From assembly GCA_963840855.1 (NCBI GenBank), contig CAWJBB010000058.1, positions 42,057 to 106,056 on the forward strand: a DNA stretch of 64,000 nucleotides, read 5' to 3'. The stretch is from an uncultured delta proteobacterium (lineage in GTDB: Bacteria > Desulfobacterota > Binatia > UBA9968). Below, piece after piece: positions 1 through 10,688 of the stretch. The notes beneath the pieces are model-generated. The model did not search any database. It had not been told where the DNA came from and saw nothing but the letters and a program-made list of their open reading frames with translations. Numbering within the stretch: position 1 is the stretch's first letter; the number at the start of each line of letters is the position of its first letter. The translations under genes and the position numbers were made by a program.

Positions 1-382
1 GACGGAAATTCTAACCGAGGTCCGCGTCCCGGTGTTCACCACGCGCTGTGGCAGCGCGTATCTTAAAATGGCCCAGCAGGCCTCCGGCTTCGCAATTGTC
101 GGCGCGGCGGTCTGGCTTAGACTCAGCTCAAAGGGCGGCTGTGAAGAAATCGGCATCGGCATCACCGGTTTGAGCGAAAAACCCTATCGCGCCGACGCGG
201 TCGAGCAGCGCTTGCGCGGCAACAAGCTGACTTCCGGGTTGATTGACGAAGCGTCCTCTCTCGTCGCCGAAGGCAGCGACCCGCTGGAAGACCTGCACGC
301 CTCCGCGGATTACCGCGCTCATCTCGCGCGCGTCTATACGCGCCGGGCGATTCAGGAAGCAGGGAAGAGAGCGCTCAGGTGA
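1..382 (+). CDS. Xanthine dehydrogenase/CO dehydrogenase family FAD-binding subunit, C-terminal part (5' truncated by window)
   Basis: AYLK...GFAIVGAAV...DPLEDLHASADYRAHLARV matches the CoxM/CutM C-terminal domain. Confidence 0.85.
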   Translation, partial: TEILTEVRVPVFTTRCGSAYLKMAQQASGFAIVGAAVWLRLSSKGGCEEIGIGITGLSEKPYRADAVEQRLRGNKLTSGLIDEASSLVAEGSDPLEDLHASADYRAHLARVYTRRAIQEAGKRALR

Positions 383-693
383 GAACGGTAATTGTTTCCG
401 ACTGACGCGAGTTTTTGTTTCAAGTGCCTAGTTCCCGGTTTCTGGTTATGGAAACAAAGGATTTCGGACTTCAAACTAGTAAATTGTAACAGCTAAACAG
501 CGTTTGCCGTTCATGGTTCGAGAGCCACGAACGGCTTGTGCCTTGACCGTTCACCCTGAGCTTGTCGAAGGGTTCTTCGAACTTAGACGTCAATCAACTG
601 TTACAGGACACTAGAAACATATTACCTTTAGGCTCCCGAGTTTGGAGTCGAACTCGAGACCCTGGACTCGAGACTCTAAACCGCGGGAGCCGG

Positions 694-1938
694 CTACGCC
701 GGCTCTTCAACCATCATGGGTTCTTCGCGTTTGCCTTCGTGAATGGTTAGCACGATCAAGTTGGCGACAAACACAGTGCCGGCGAGAAAATAGAAGGCTG
801 CGAGGATTCCCCAGCGGTCGGCTATGAAGCCGCAGATGACGGGCGATAGCGAGCTCAGCAGCGACTGCGAACCGGAAAAGAAGCTCACTGCGCTCCCGCC
901 CAATTCCTTGGGGCTGAGATCGAGCACCCAGGCCCAAATCACCGGCCTGACGGCGTAGAGAAAAAATCCAAGGAACGCCAGACCAGTAACGAACAACCAG
1001 GTAAATTGAAAATAAGCGAGGATCACCAGGACGACGCTGGTCGAAAACAAACCCGCCGTTAACACCCGTTTTCTGCCGTTTTGGTCAGATATACTCCCGG
1101 CGATGGGTGTGCCGATCATGCCGGCGGTTTGAGTAACGGAAAGATAAAGCCCGGCGACGGCGCTTGAAAGTCCCAGGTCATTGGTTAAGTAAATCGGCAA
1201 AAAGGTATGTAAACCCTGCTGCGTCATCGAACGCATGCCAGCCACCAACACCAACGCCAGAATGCTTGGGTTCTGCGCCATTTTTTTCATCCCGGCCAGA
1301 TACTCCTTGGCCGAGAGCCCTTTTTTTGATTGTGTCCGCGAGTTCAGCTTGCCGAACAGGAACTTCCATAAAATGAAAGCGATCACGATGCCGGGTATGA
1401 GATTGAGAAAAAGCACGTTGCGCCACGACAGATAAAGCAACAACACGCCGACCAACAGCGGCGCCACGCTCTCACCGATGTTCGGTCCGATGGCATGAAT
1501 CGCGATGGCGAAGCCGCGCTTGTCAGGGTATTTTTCCGAGAGCGTCGATATCGCCGCGGGGTGCCACAGATAATTGCCCACGCCGACAAACGCCATGAAC
1601 AGCGCCACCCAAAAAAAGTTGTGACTGACGCCGACTAGAAAGTACGGCACGCCGGTTGCGATCAGGGCAAGCGCCATAAGCAAGCCCTTTTTGCCGATGA
1701 TATCAACAAGCATGCCGGCAGGAATGTTAACTAACAGATTGGCCGCGACCCTAACGGTCACGAGGAAACCCGCCTGGCTGTAGCTCAGCCCCATTTCCTT
1801 CACCAAAAAAGGCAGGAGCAGATAAAACGTCGCCGGGCACCAATGGGTAAACGTGTGACCTAAGGCGACGAGCCACAATAACGAGTCGGTTTGCCGCATT
1901 TGGCGAACTTGTTCGGTGAGCGCGGTGCGTATGGACAT
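694..1938 (-). CDS. MFS transporter
   Basis: 414 aa, ~12 hydrophobic segments, GMLVDIIGKK and GSISDQNGRK MFS motif A-like loops. Confidence 0.9.
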   Translation of the reverse strand: MSIRTALTEQVRQMRQTDSLLWLVALGHTFTHWCPATFYLLLPFLVKEMGLSYSQAGFLVTVRVAANLLVNIPAGMLVDIIGKKGLLMALALIATGVPYFLVGVSHNFFWVALFMAFVGVGNYLWHPAAISTLSEKYPDKRGFAIAIHAIGPNIGESVAPLLVGVLLLYLSWRNVLFLNLIPGIVIAFILWKFLFGKLNSRTQSKKGLSAKEYLAGMKKMAQNPSILALVLVAGMRSMTQQGLHTFLPIYLTNDLGLSSAVAGLYLSVTQTAGMIGTPIAGSISDQNGRKRVLTAGLFSTSVVLVILAYFQFTWLFVTGLAFLGFFLYAVRPVIWAWVLDLSPKELGGSAVSFFSGSQSLLSSLSPVICGFIADRWGILAAFYFLAGTVFVANLIVLTIHEGKREEPMMVEEPA

Positions 1939-2200
1939 GAAATGTTTTCCTGAAGCTTTGTTAATTTTCTATTTCTTAGACCGCTCCCGCCAAGTTTACA
2001 AGCAGCGAGGCGATTAGCGGCTGCTGGTAAACGCTCTTCGCAGGCTAATCAAAAAGATCTCAGAGGCGAGGCGCGCAGTTTTCGCTATTCGTGTTCGTGG
2101 TTCGTGTTCAAAAACCGAGCACGATCACGAGTCACGAGCACGATTCGCCCGCGAGGCGATTGAGCGCACCCTTCGACAAGCTCAGGGCAATCGGCGAAAG

Positions 2201-3379
2201 CTATGAGGCTTTTTCAGCAGCCTGCGCCGCGAAGGAAAACGCGTCATAACCTTCGTGAATGAGACGAATGACTTCGTCTTTTTTCGGATCGCGGTTGACG
2301 CCCACCGGGTCTCTACCTTCTTGCACCGCAAGAATCTGCTCGCGCAGGAGTTTGCGGTACATGATGACACCGCGGTCCCCTTCACCCAGGTGTTCGTTGG
2401 CGCGGTCGGCTATGGGGCCCTGGGTCTCCCACGCCATGTGGTCCTGGCTGGCAAAGCTTTCCATATGGAACTCGCCGTCTTCGTTCTTGGTGCGGACATA
2501 CTCGATCGGCGCGTCCTCGGGCTGCGCCACGACACTGCCATCCTTGCTCGGCGCGAAGCGGAACTGAATGACTTGCGTGTTTTGGTCATCGATGGGCGTG
2601 CGAAAATGCATGGCGTAACCCATGCGCACGGGAACGAAGAGAAGGTTGGGAAAAACCAACGGGTGCGGTGATTCCACCGGGCCATCTTCGCCCGCGAAGG
2701 TCCTTTGTTTTTGAATCCCCGCCCAGCTGGGATTGACCACCAGTTCAAAATCGATCTTGCTCAGCCGCTGATAATGAAAGGGTACGAAGTCTCTGGTCCC
2801 TTTGGTTTTTAGCGTGTGCGAGTGAAGATAATACGTATGCGTCGGATCGACGGAGTTCTCCATCGCCTGGAGCCAATTGCAGCCAAGCACCTCGCAAATG
2901 TCGATTTTCTTCAAGCCGTCCTCGCGCACGAGTAGATCCCACTTGGGTAAAGTCGGCTTTTTCTCCGGCGGTCCCATGTAGGCGAACAAAAGCCCCGCGA
3001 GTTTTACCACCGGGTAGGCTGGATGCTGAATTTTCTCCTTGAAACCGGCCTCCGGACTCTCGAAGGGCTGGTCGATGCATTTGCCGCACGCGTCGTATTT
3101 CCAGCCATGATAGGCACAGCGGATGCCGTCTTCCTCGACGAATCCGTAATAGAGCGATACGCCGCGGTGCGAACACTTTTCGGCGACGAGACCGTAATTT
3201 CCTGTACGGTCTCGATAGAGGACCAGATTTTCGCCTAAAATTTTTACTTTCTTTTTTGGTTTTTCGTCGCTGAGCTCCGCGGCGGCCGCCACCACATGCC
3301 AATAACGCCTCAGCAGTTGTCCCGCGGGCGTCCCAGGACCTACGCGCGCAAGCAAATCGTTTTCTTCGTGACTGAGCAT
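2201..3379 (-). CDS. Rieske non-heme iron oxygenase (phthalate 4,5-dioxygenase/LigX-like)
   Basis: CSHRG...CAYHGW Rieske motif; ENSVDPTHTYYLH mononuclear iron motif; start placed at MLSHEEND after an AAGGAG RBS. Confidence 0.9.
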   Translation of the reverse strand: MLSHEENDLLARVGPGTPAGQLLRRYWHVVAAAAELSDEKPKKKVKILGENLVLYRDRTGNYGLVAEKCSHRGVSLYYGFVEEDGIRCAYHGWKYDACGKCIDQPFESPEAGFKEKIQHPAYPVVKLAGLLFAYMGPPEKKPTLPKWDLLVREDGLKKIDICEVLGCNWLQAMENSVDPTHTYYLHSHTLKTKGTRDFVPFHYQRLSKIDFELVVNPSWAGIQKQRTFAGEDGPVESPHPLVFPNLLFVPVRMGYAMHFRTPIDDQNTQVIQFRFAPSKDGSVVAQPEDAPIEYVRTKNEDGEFHMESFASQDHMAWETQGPIADRANEHLGEGDRGVIMYRKLLREQILAVQEGRDPVGVNRDPKKDEVIRLIHEGYDAFSFAAQAAEKAS

Positions 3380-3507
3380 GGCATAAACTCCTTTATCGTA
3401 CTCAACGCGGCTTTGATCCGATGCGACGATGCTATGCGATGGCTTCGTGGGTGTCAATGTAAAGGAGGCGAAGGTGTGGGCGGGTGATCCTCGCAAGGGA
3501 GAGCGAT

Positions 3508-3559
3508 GTAGGCCCCCGTGCATGCCCGAATCCGGGCGACCACAGGGGGTCGCCCCTAC
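3508..3559. repeat. GTAG-type REP-like palindromic repeat
   Basis: GTAGG...GGGCGACCACAGGGGGTCGCCCCTAC; near-identical inverted copy at 61069-61124. Confidence 0.75.
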
Positions 3560-3642
3560 AAATATTCACGAACTAAACCACTACTCTAAAAAACACGACC
3601 GTACTCCTCGTATCTCACTCGCTCCGCTGCTACACTATTTAT

Positions 3643-4092
3643 GTGAACTGGCAAGAAAACCTGGTCGACGATTCAGATCAAATCGCCGCCTTGATCCGGC
3701 AGACCAAACGCATCGCCGTTCTCGGCATCAAGACCGAAGCGCAAGCCGACCAGCCTTCCGTTTACGTGCCGCTGTATATGCAACGGGCCGGATACGAGAT
3801 CGTTCCGGTGCCAGTATATTACCCGGATGCGACTGAAATCTTGGGTGAAAAGGTCTATCGGCGACTCACCGACATCCCCGGCGATATAGACATGGTCGAT
3901 GTCTTTCGCCGTCCCCATGACATCAACAGCCATATCGAAGATATTCTCGCTAAGAAACCGCCTTTAGTTTGGTTTCAGAGCGGCATACGCAACGATGCCG
4001 CGGCGGAAATCTTCGCCAAGGCCGGGATAAAGGTGGTCCAAGACCGCTGACTTATGGTCGACCACCGGCGGTTCGCCGGTGCAGTCCGCTGA
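3643..4092 (+). CDS. CoA-binding protein (YccU/CoA_binding_2 family), probable selenoprotein with in-frame TGA at 4048-4050
   Basis: IAVLG, DMVDVFR and VWFQSG family motifs; the ORF stops at VVQDR-TGA but continues in frame as LMVDHRRFAGAVR, matching the family's DRC-xxxH tail; hairpin follows the TGA. Confidence 0.85.
4063..4081 (+). promoter_or_regulatory. Candidate bacterial SECIS hairpin
   Basis: CACCGGCG-GTT-CGCCGGTG perfect 8-bp stem; G-first loop starts 20 nt after the TGA. Confidence 0.6.
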
Positions 4093-4118
4093 AAGGAAGT
4101 ACTTTTTTCGGCACCCTG

Positions 4119-5243
4119 CTAGGTCAAAAGATGGCGCGTCAAGTCGAGATTGGCGGTGAATGCCTCCGGCCGCGGTAGTTTCACGGAAGAATTGTAGATG
4201 ATGAGAGGAATGTTCGACTCATGGAGGGAGCCGTGTGAACGGTAACCGCGTTCGAGCTTTTCCATCGGTCCGGTAAGTTCGCCAAAAACAGTCTGGGCAT
4301 CGCCGAAAACTGCCAAATCACCTATCCGTTCGGCCATAAGATCGTACTTTTCCGCGGCTTCTCGACGCGGTAGGACGGCCTCCACGCCCGTGAGACTCTT
4401 GAGTGTCTGCGTCACTATTTGTTCGTCTTCCGGCGAGTTAAGCCAGACCCACGCGGCGCCACCGAACGTTCGGTGGTGCTTGACGTAACGGTCTTTTTCC
4501 GCCGACAGCGCAAAACGCACCTCGACGCCCAATTCGTGGCAAGCCTTGGCGAGGTCCCAACAGCGAGTTTTGTAGTTCATACCATGATCGGCCGTAAGCA
4601 AGAACGCGGCATCCGGCGCCGCTTCCAGCGCTTTGGCTAAGAGCCCATCTAGCCTTTCCAAGTGTTCTTTCGACTGCCGTTCTTCCGGAGCCCAAGTGTG
4701 CATTGGAAAGTCGGTGGTATGAACATACAGTAAGCCGATGTCCTTACGGTGTTTGAGCAGGTCGACGGCCACTTCCCACAGCCAGTAATTGATCTCGCAG
4801 CTGTAGATATTGGCCGGCTTGCCGTAGAGACCAACCCACTCAGCGGGCGGCGCTTCCGCGGCGATCGCGATTTCCGCGCCTTTGCCGAGCAGGTGAATGG
4901 TTTTGACTTTGGCGGTGAGCAGCGCCGATTTCACACCGCGGGCCGCGGCCCGCTGAATGATGGTCGGAACCCGAATGAACTCCGCGCTTTCCATATAATC
5001 GGCCACGCCGGTTTGTTCGTTGAAGTAGGAGTTGCCTGTAATGCCGTGATCCTTCGGCCATGCGCCGCAGCAAATGGATACGTTGTTGGCGTTGGTGACC
5101 GTCGGGAAAACCGCGTCAACCCGCTTAAAAAAGCCGCGCTGGCACATGAAGCGAAACGTCGGTAGAGAGTTCGCTTCGAGATAGTCCATGCCCAGACCAT
5201 CGTACATGCCGATAACGATTCTTTGTGCGCCGATCAGCGTCAT
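4119..5243 (-). CDS. phnA: Phosphonoacetate hydrolase-like (alkaline phosphatase superfamily)
   Basis: YDG, PTVTNANNVSI, HTTDFPMH, ADHGMN and RSHG motifs parallel those of PhnA. Confidence 0.75.
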   Translation of the reverse strand: MTLIGAQRIVIGMYDGLGMDYLEANSLPTFRFMCQRGFFKRVDAVFPTVTNANNVSICCGAWPKDHGITGNSYFNEQTGVADYMESAEFIRVPTIIQRAAARGVKSALLTAKVKTIHLLGKGAEIAIAAEAPPAEWVGLYGKPANIYSCEINYWLWEVAVDLLKHRKDIGLLYVHTTDFPMHTWAPEERQSKEHLERLDGLLAKALEAAPDAAFLLTADHGMNYKTRCWDLAKACHELGVEVRFALSAEKDRYVKHHRTFGGAAWVWLNSPEDEQIVTQTLKSLTGVEAVLPRREAAEKYDLMAERIGDLAVFGDAQTVFGELTGPMEKLERGYRSHGSLHESNIPLIIYNSSVKLPRPEAFTANLDLTRHLLT

Positions 5244-5324
5244 AGATAATACCTCCGAAAGCTAGCCCGGTTTATTCATAGTGTCTGACTCAGACGAAAG
5301 ACAATACAAGTCAGTGGAACCGAG

Positions 5325-6179
<855 letters not shown>

Positions 6180-6186
6180 CGAAGGC

Positions 6187-7050
6187 TCACCACTCTCGCC
6201 AACTTTTCATCACGGCTACACCTGAGTTTCCGATCATGAGCAGGGCAACCAGGATCAACGCCGTTGCGTAGGCTTGATCGGAAGAACTGGCCTCGCTAAC
6301 GAGGTAATACAAATGAGTCGGCAGAGTCATGACTGGAGATGAAAGTCCGATATCGCCTTTGGACAACACCACACTGGCGGTAAGCAACACCGGCGCCGCG
6401 GAGCCAAACGCATGACCGGCGGCAAGCACCACCGTCGCGAGAATCCCGCCGAAAGCTTTGGGCAAAATATTTTTGCGGAACGCATAGGAACGACTCACGC
6501 CAAGAGCAAGCGCCGTTTCCCGGTATTTTGACTCGACGCCGCGAATTGCCTCGTAGGCGCCGAGCAGCACAATCGGCAGCATGACCAACCCCAAAGTGAT
6601 TCCCCCGGCAAGCAGAGAAACTTTCATGCGCAGCCCGACGACCAGCATCGCATAGCCAAACAATCCGTAGACAATTGCTGGAACTCCGGCGAAACAGGCG
6701 CTGCAAAGAGCCACCATGCGCTGCATGGTTTCCGGCGGGTTGTATTCGCTGAGATAGATCGCCGCGCCCACTCCGAATGGCAGCGAAACCATGAGGCCCA
6801 GTGAGATGAGGGCGAGAGAGCCCTGGATCGCCGGCCGCATTCCGCCGCCGCTGCCCAAAGGAAAACCCTTGGGTGCCTGCCAAAGTAAATCCCAACTGAT
6901 CGCTTGGCCACCTCGGTAAAACAAGAAAACTATAATACAAAGCGGCAGCAGCGCGCCAAGTAGCCCGAAAATCCAAACACACAGGAAAAAAATCCGGTCC
7001 TGCCAAATGCGCAACTGCCGGTCCTGGGAAGCCAATTTAGGCGGCGTCAT
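6187..7050 (-). CDS. pstA: Phosphate-type ABC permease PstA
   Basis: AIYLSEY, GVPAIVYGLFG, ETALALG EAA motif. Confidence 0.8.
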   Translation of the reverse strand: MTPPKLASQDRQLRIWQDRIFFLCVWIFGLLGALLPLCIIVFLFYRGGQAISWDLLWQAPKGFPLGSGGGMRPAIQGSLALISLGLMVSLPFGVGAAIYLSEYNPPETMQRMVALCSACFAGVPAIVYGLFGYAMLVVGLRMKVSLLAGGITLGLVMLPIVLLGAYEAIRGVESKYRETALALGVSRSYAFRKNILPKAFGGILATVVLAAGHAFGSAAPVLLTASVVLSKGDIGLSSPVMTLPTHLYYLVSEASSSDQAYATALILVALLMIGNSGVAVMKSWREW

Positions 7051-7891
7051 AGATGATCCTTTTTTTCAGGACGCCGATAAGCATGTTGATCGCAATGGTG
7101 ACGACCATGAGGATCAATGCGGCCGAAAACAGGGCGTGATACTTGGGCGATCCCGCGGCGGCTTCGCCCAGTTCAGTGACGATGAGCGCGGTAAGGGGCT
7201 GGCCACGGTCGAAAGGAGACGTTGGCAGCGCCACGGAGTTTCCCGCCAACATAAGCACGGCAAGAGTTTCGCCCAGAGCGCGGGCCAGCCCCAGAGCCAT
7301 AGCGGCAAACATTCCCGCGCCGGCATAGCGCATGACGATTTGGCGCACCAGCGACCATCGATTAACGCCGAGCGCCAGCGCCGCTTCCTTAAGATCGGCT
7401 GGCACGGCGCGAAAGGCCTCGGCGGAAGTCGTTGCCACGAAAGGCAGGATCATGACCGCCAGGATCAAACCGGCGGCAAGTAACGATTCGCCCGTGCTCA
7501 TGTCGAGATTTTGTTCGAACCAAGGCACCAAGGTGACGTACCCGAAAAACCCATAAACGACGGAGGGGATGCCGGCGAGTAACTCTAGACAAGGCTGGAG
7601 TATTTTACGCACGGGCGCTGGGGCGACTTCCGCAAGAAAGATGCCGATGCCAAAACCCACCGGCGCCGCCGCCAGCAGCGCGACAGCCGTCACCGCCACT
7701 GTCCCGAGCAAAGCGTGACGCAAGCCAAATTTCGCCGGGCTCGCCAGCGGCTCCCAACTATCGGCAAGCAGCAATCCCCAAAGTCCACTTCCCTCGAAAA
7801 ATGCCGGATAGCCTTCCCGCGCGATCATCAACGGCACCAGCAAAAGTGTTCCCACAGCAGCCGACAGAATTAAGATTCCAGCCAGGCCCAT
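7037..7891 (-). CDS. pstC: Phosphate-type ABC permease PstC (start may lie further upstream)
   Basis: ELLAGIPSVVYGFFG, EAALALG, ARALGETLAV. Confidence 0.85.
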   Translation of the reverse strand: MGLAGILILSAAVGTLLLVPLMIAREGYPAFFEGSGLWGLLLADSWEPLASPAKFGLRHALLGTVAVTAVALLAAAPVGFGIGIFLAEVAPAPVRKILQPCLELLAGIPSVVYGFFGYVTLVPWFEQNLDMSTGESLLAAGLILAVMILPFVATTSAEAFRAVPADLKEAALALGVNRWSLVRQIVMRYAGAGMFAAMALGLARALGETLAVLMLAGNSVALPTSPFDRGQPLTALIVTELGEAAAGSPKYHALFSAALILMVVTIAINMLIGVLKKRIIYDAA

Positions 7892-7998
7892 AATGAAATC
7901 CTTGCTAGCGGTCGGCGCAATCCGAGGACGTTGGCGACGATCCAATCGGTGCCCGAAAATAGCCAGGCTTGCTGCGAACTTGTGGATGAATGAAGCGA

Positions 7999-8877
7999 TC
8001 AATTCGCGCTCCGCACGGGAATATAACCATGCGCAGCGACGAGTTTTTGGCAACTGCTAAGCGCGTAATCGACAAAATGGCGCACGGCGGGCGAAGGCGG
8101 AGCTTTGACCACCATCAGCAACGGCCGCGCCAACAGATAGGCGCCGCTGGTCACGTTGGCGTCAGTCGGTTCGACGGTTTCCAGGGCAAATGCTTTGAGG
8201 GTCTTGCTATGAGTGGCAAGCCCGGCAGAGATATAGGCTATCGCGTTATTGTTGCTGTGGAGTTTTTCCAGCAGCGCGCCCTGAGAAGGCAACTGCAGGG
8301 CTTTCGGCGACAGTTTCCTCTCGCCCATGATTTTTTCCTGGAATATTTCGGTTGAGCCCGCCCCGGCGTCGCGGGTTAATAGAACAATCGGCTTTGCCGG
8401 CAAAGATCGGTCGATATCTTGGTAGGTCTTAACCTCGCCGGAAAAAATCCCAGCCAACTCAGCGGGCGTAAAATTTTTCTTGCGGCCGGCCAAAGGGTTC
8501 CGGCTATTGACCGCGATCGCCACCGCGTCTTTGCCGACGAGATGCGTCTGGTGATCACCGATCGTTTTCTTTTCTTGATCCTTCAGATCGCGCGATACCA
8601 TGCCGATGTCGATGACGCCGCTGGCCAGCGATTTGACGCCAAACCCCGAGCCGCCGCCGGTGACAAAAACCGTGGTGCTCTTCTTCGGCAGGGAGGCATC
8701 CACGCGATCCCAGGTTTGAAATTTTTCCATGAATTCACTGCTGCAATTGGCCATGACGGGTAGGAGCGTGGTGGACCCGCCGGTGCGAACCGTCGGATCC
8801 GGCTCGTCGGCGGCGTGCGCCGCCGCGGCCAAGAACATCACTCCGGCAAGCAAAAGCAATCTTTGAATTCTTTTCAT
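7999..8877 (-). CDS. pstS: PstS-family periplasmic binding protein
   Basis: Signal peptide; GSTT, GGGSGFG, DIGMVSR, RDAGAGS. Confidence 0.85.
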   Translation of the reverse strand: MKRIQRLLLLAGVMFLAAAAHAADEPDPTVRTGGSTTLLPVMANCSSEFMEKFQTWDRVDASLPKKSTTVFVTGGGSGFGVKSLASGVIDIGMVSRDLKDQEKKTIGDHQTHLVGKDAVAIAVNSRNPLAGRKKNFTPAELAGIFSGEVKTYQDIDRSLPAKPIVLLTRDAGAGSTEIFQEKIMGERKLSPKALQLPSQGALLEKLHSNNNAIAYISAGLATHSKTLKAFALETVEPTDANVTSGAYLLARPLLMVVKAPPSPAVRHFVDYALSSCQKLVAAHGYIPVRSAN

Positions 8878-8962
8878 GGCAGGTCTCCGTTCGATTTGGA
8901 TTCTCGTGTCGGCGATCGAGCACGGTTCCGCGTTCCCGACTCGCCCACTTTTGGCTGCGAGC

Positions 8963-8991
8963 GTTACGAAAAGATTACAGCAGTATGAATT
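8963..8991 (-). promoter_or_regulatory. Pho-box-like direct repeats upstream of pstS
   Basis: Minus strand TTCAT-N6-GTAAT-N6-GTAAC, three half-sites at 11-bp spacing. Confidence 0.5.
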
Positions 8992-9048
8992 GCGCGTGAT
9001 GAAGTATGGCTCTGCGTCGGCTCAGTCGATCGATTCTGAAGCGACCGG

Positions 9049-9352
9049 CCGGGCGTCGCCGCTCGCCTACAAGGAGTTTCGGAGCTTCAGGAAAGGCGAC
9101 GTCGTCTACATGAAAATGGCCAGCGGCGGCGGTTACGGCGATCCTCTGGAACGCGATCCGCAGTTAGTCTTGGAAGATGTCATCGACGGCCTAGTCTCCG
9201 AGCAAGCGGCGCGGGAGGTTTATGGCGTGGTTTTAGACGAACAGAAAGAAGCCGCAGATTTCGTGCAGACAAAGAGCCTGCGCGCCAATCTACAAAAAAG
9301 AGACTTGCGACCTCGAGCTGATGCGCCTTCCCGGTTAGTGTGGTGGAACTAA
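9049..9352 (+). pseudogene. C-terminal remnant of a hydantoinase B/oxoprolinase gene
   Basis: GDVV...GGGYGDPLERDPQLVLEDV...AAREVYGVV is the HyuB C-terminus; the rest of the gene is absent. Confidence 0.75.
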
Positions 9353-9374
9353 GTGCGCAAATTTAATGAGCGCA

Positions 9375-9445
9375 CTCCCCAACGTCATAGCCGCGAAAGC
9401 GGGCTTGTAGGGGCGGGTTTCAAACCCGCCCTTATCCTGGATTCC
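9375..9445. repeat. Composite REP-like repeat (copy 1)
   Basis: CTCCCCAACGTCATA.CCGCGAAAGCGGG...GGGCGGGTTTCAAACCCGCCC...CTGGATTCC; near-identical copy at 12111-12181. Confidence 0.8.
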
Positions 9446-9541
9446 GGGTCGCGCCAGCTTGCCCGGAATGACGGCCGATATCTGCAACCGGACTTTGATT
9501 CCAGGACACCGGCAGCGCTTATAATTATAACAAGTTGCCGC

Positions 9542-10411
9542 TCACGCCGCCTGGCGCAGTTTGTTTAACTGCCGGGCGATGAACGCCTTGATCTTTTCAT
9601 ATGCAAGGTCGGTGTTGGGACCGGGTTTGGCGACCCAACGGTGCTCGCTCCCTTTGAAGATCTCGAACTCGATCTGGCCGCCCGCCGCCCGATAAGTGTT
9701 GACGAATTTTTCCTGCACCGCGGGCCGGACGTTGTCATCGAGTTCCCCCTGCAAGACATACATCGGCGGCAACGCAACTTTCTCGCCGCGCTCGAGAATC
9801 TCTTGCGGATTGCCTTCGTGGATCGACTCCCACGGGTCAAAATAAGTTTTGCTGTTCTGGATCATTTGCTGCCACTCCCGCCTCTCAGCGTTCTGGTAGC
9901 GGGCGTATGGATCGCTCACCGGCGAGCGCGCCACGACGTATTTCACCGTCGCGTCGACGTTAGGCGCTTCGGGCAACGGATGCGCGTTGTAGCGCGGATC
10001 CTGCGGGCGCATGGCGCAGAGTTCTATTTCGTGCCCGCCGCTGGAGCTACCCAACGCCGCGACGGTGGCGGGATCGCCGTTCCATTCTCGCGCCTTCGCC
10101 TTGAGCCAGCGAACACCATAATTAGCGTCCTGCACTGAGGCGGGATAGGGCGCCTCCGGCGCGCGGGTTAAATCGATGGCCACGACTAGAATCCCGCTCC
10201 GCGCCAAACTTTCGTCCATCGGCGCGTTGGCGGTGCGGTCCTGGTTGTTCCACGCGCCGCCGTGCAGATCCAAGAGCGTTGGGAAGGGCCCTTCGCCTTG
10301 CGGTTGATAAACGCGCGCCATCAGCGTGCGCGCCGGTGCGCGGCGAAATTCGACGTCCGACACTTTGATTTCAAATTTGCCTCCAGGATTGTATGCGGCG
10401 GTCATAATCAT
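9542..10411 (-). CDS. Alpha/beta hydrolase (HSL-like esterase)
   Basis: LHGGAW, GSSSGG nucleophile elbow, GELDD, C-terminal His. Confidence 0.85.
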   Translation of the reverse strand: MIMTAAYNPGGKFEIKVSDVEFRRAPARTLMARVYQPQGEGPFPTLLDLHGGAWNNQDRTANAPMDESLARSGILVVAIDLTRAPEAPYPASVQDANYGVRWLKAKAREWNGDPATVAALGSSSGGHEIELCAMRPQDPRYNAHPLPEAPNVDATVKYVVARSPVSDPYARYQNAERREWQQMIQNSKTYFDPWESIHEGNPQEILERGEKVALPPMYVLQGELDDNVRPAVQEKFVNTYRAAGGQIEFEIFKGSEHRWVAKPGPNTDLAYEKIKAFIARQLNKLRQAA

Positions 10412-10530
10412 TCCTCCCTTTGCGATGTTTGAAACAGGGCATCTATCAGACATCGCATGGCATACCGCCATGGAGTTCTCCTGTCAAGGCGATTTTTGCG
10501 CACCCGATTTTTTCGGGGCCGTAAAAATCG

Positions 10531-10630
10531 GTTCAACGTTCCAGGTTCAATGTTCAAAGTGAAAAGAGTTGGATCAAAAGAGTTCGGCGTGGAGACGAAA
10601 CGTTGAACTTTGAACATTGAACTTTGAACG
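10531..10630. repeat. Inverted heptamer tandem arrays
   Basis: GTTCAATGTTCAAAGT (10545-10560) is the exact reverse complement of ACTTTGAACATTGAAC (10607-10622); 7-bp period. Confidence 0.7.
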
Positions 10631-10688
10631 GGTCATCTGCATAAGTAGACGCCGCCGCGGCTCGCGTGATAAACGTGTTTGAATATCC

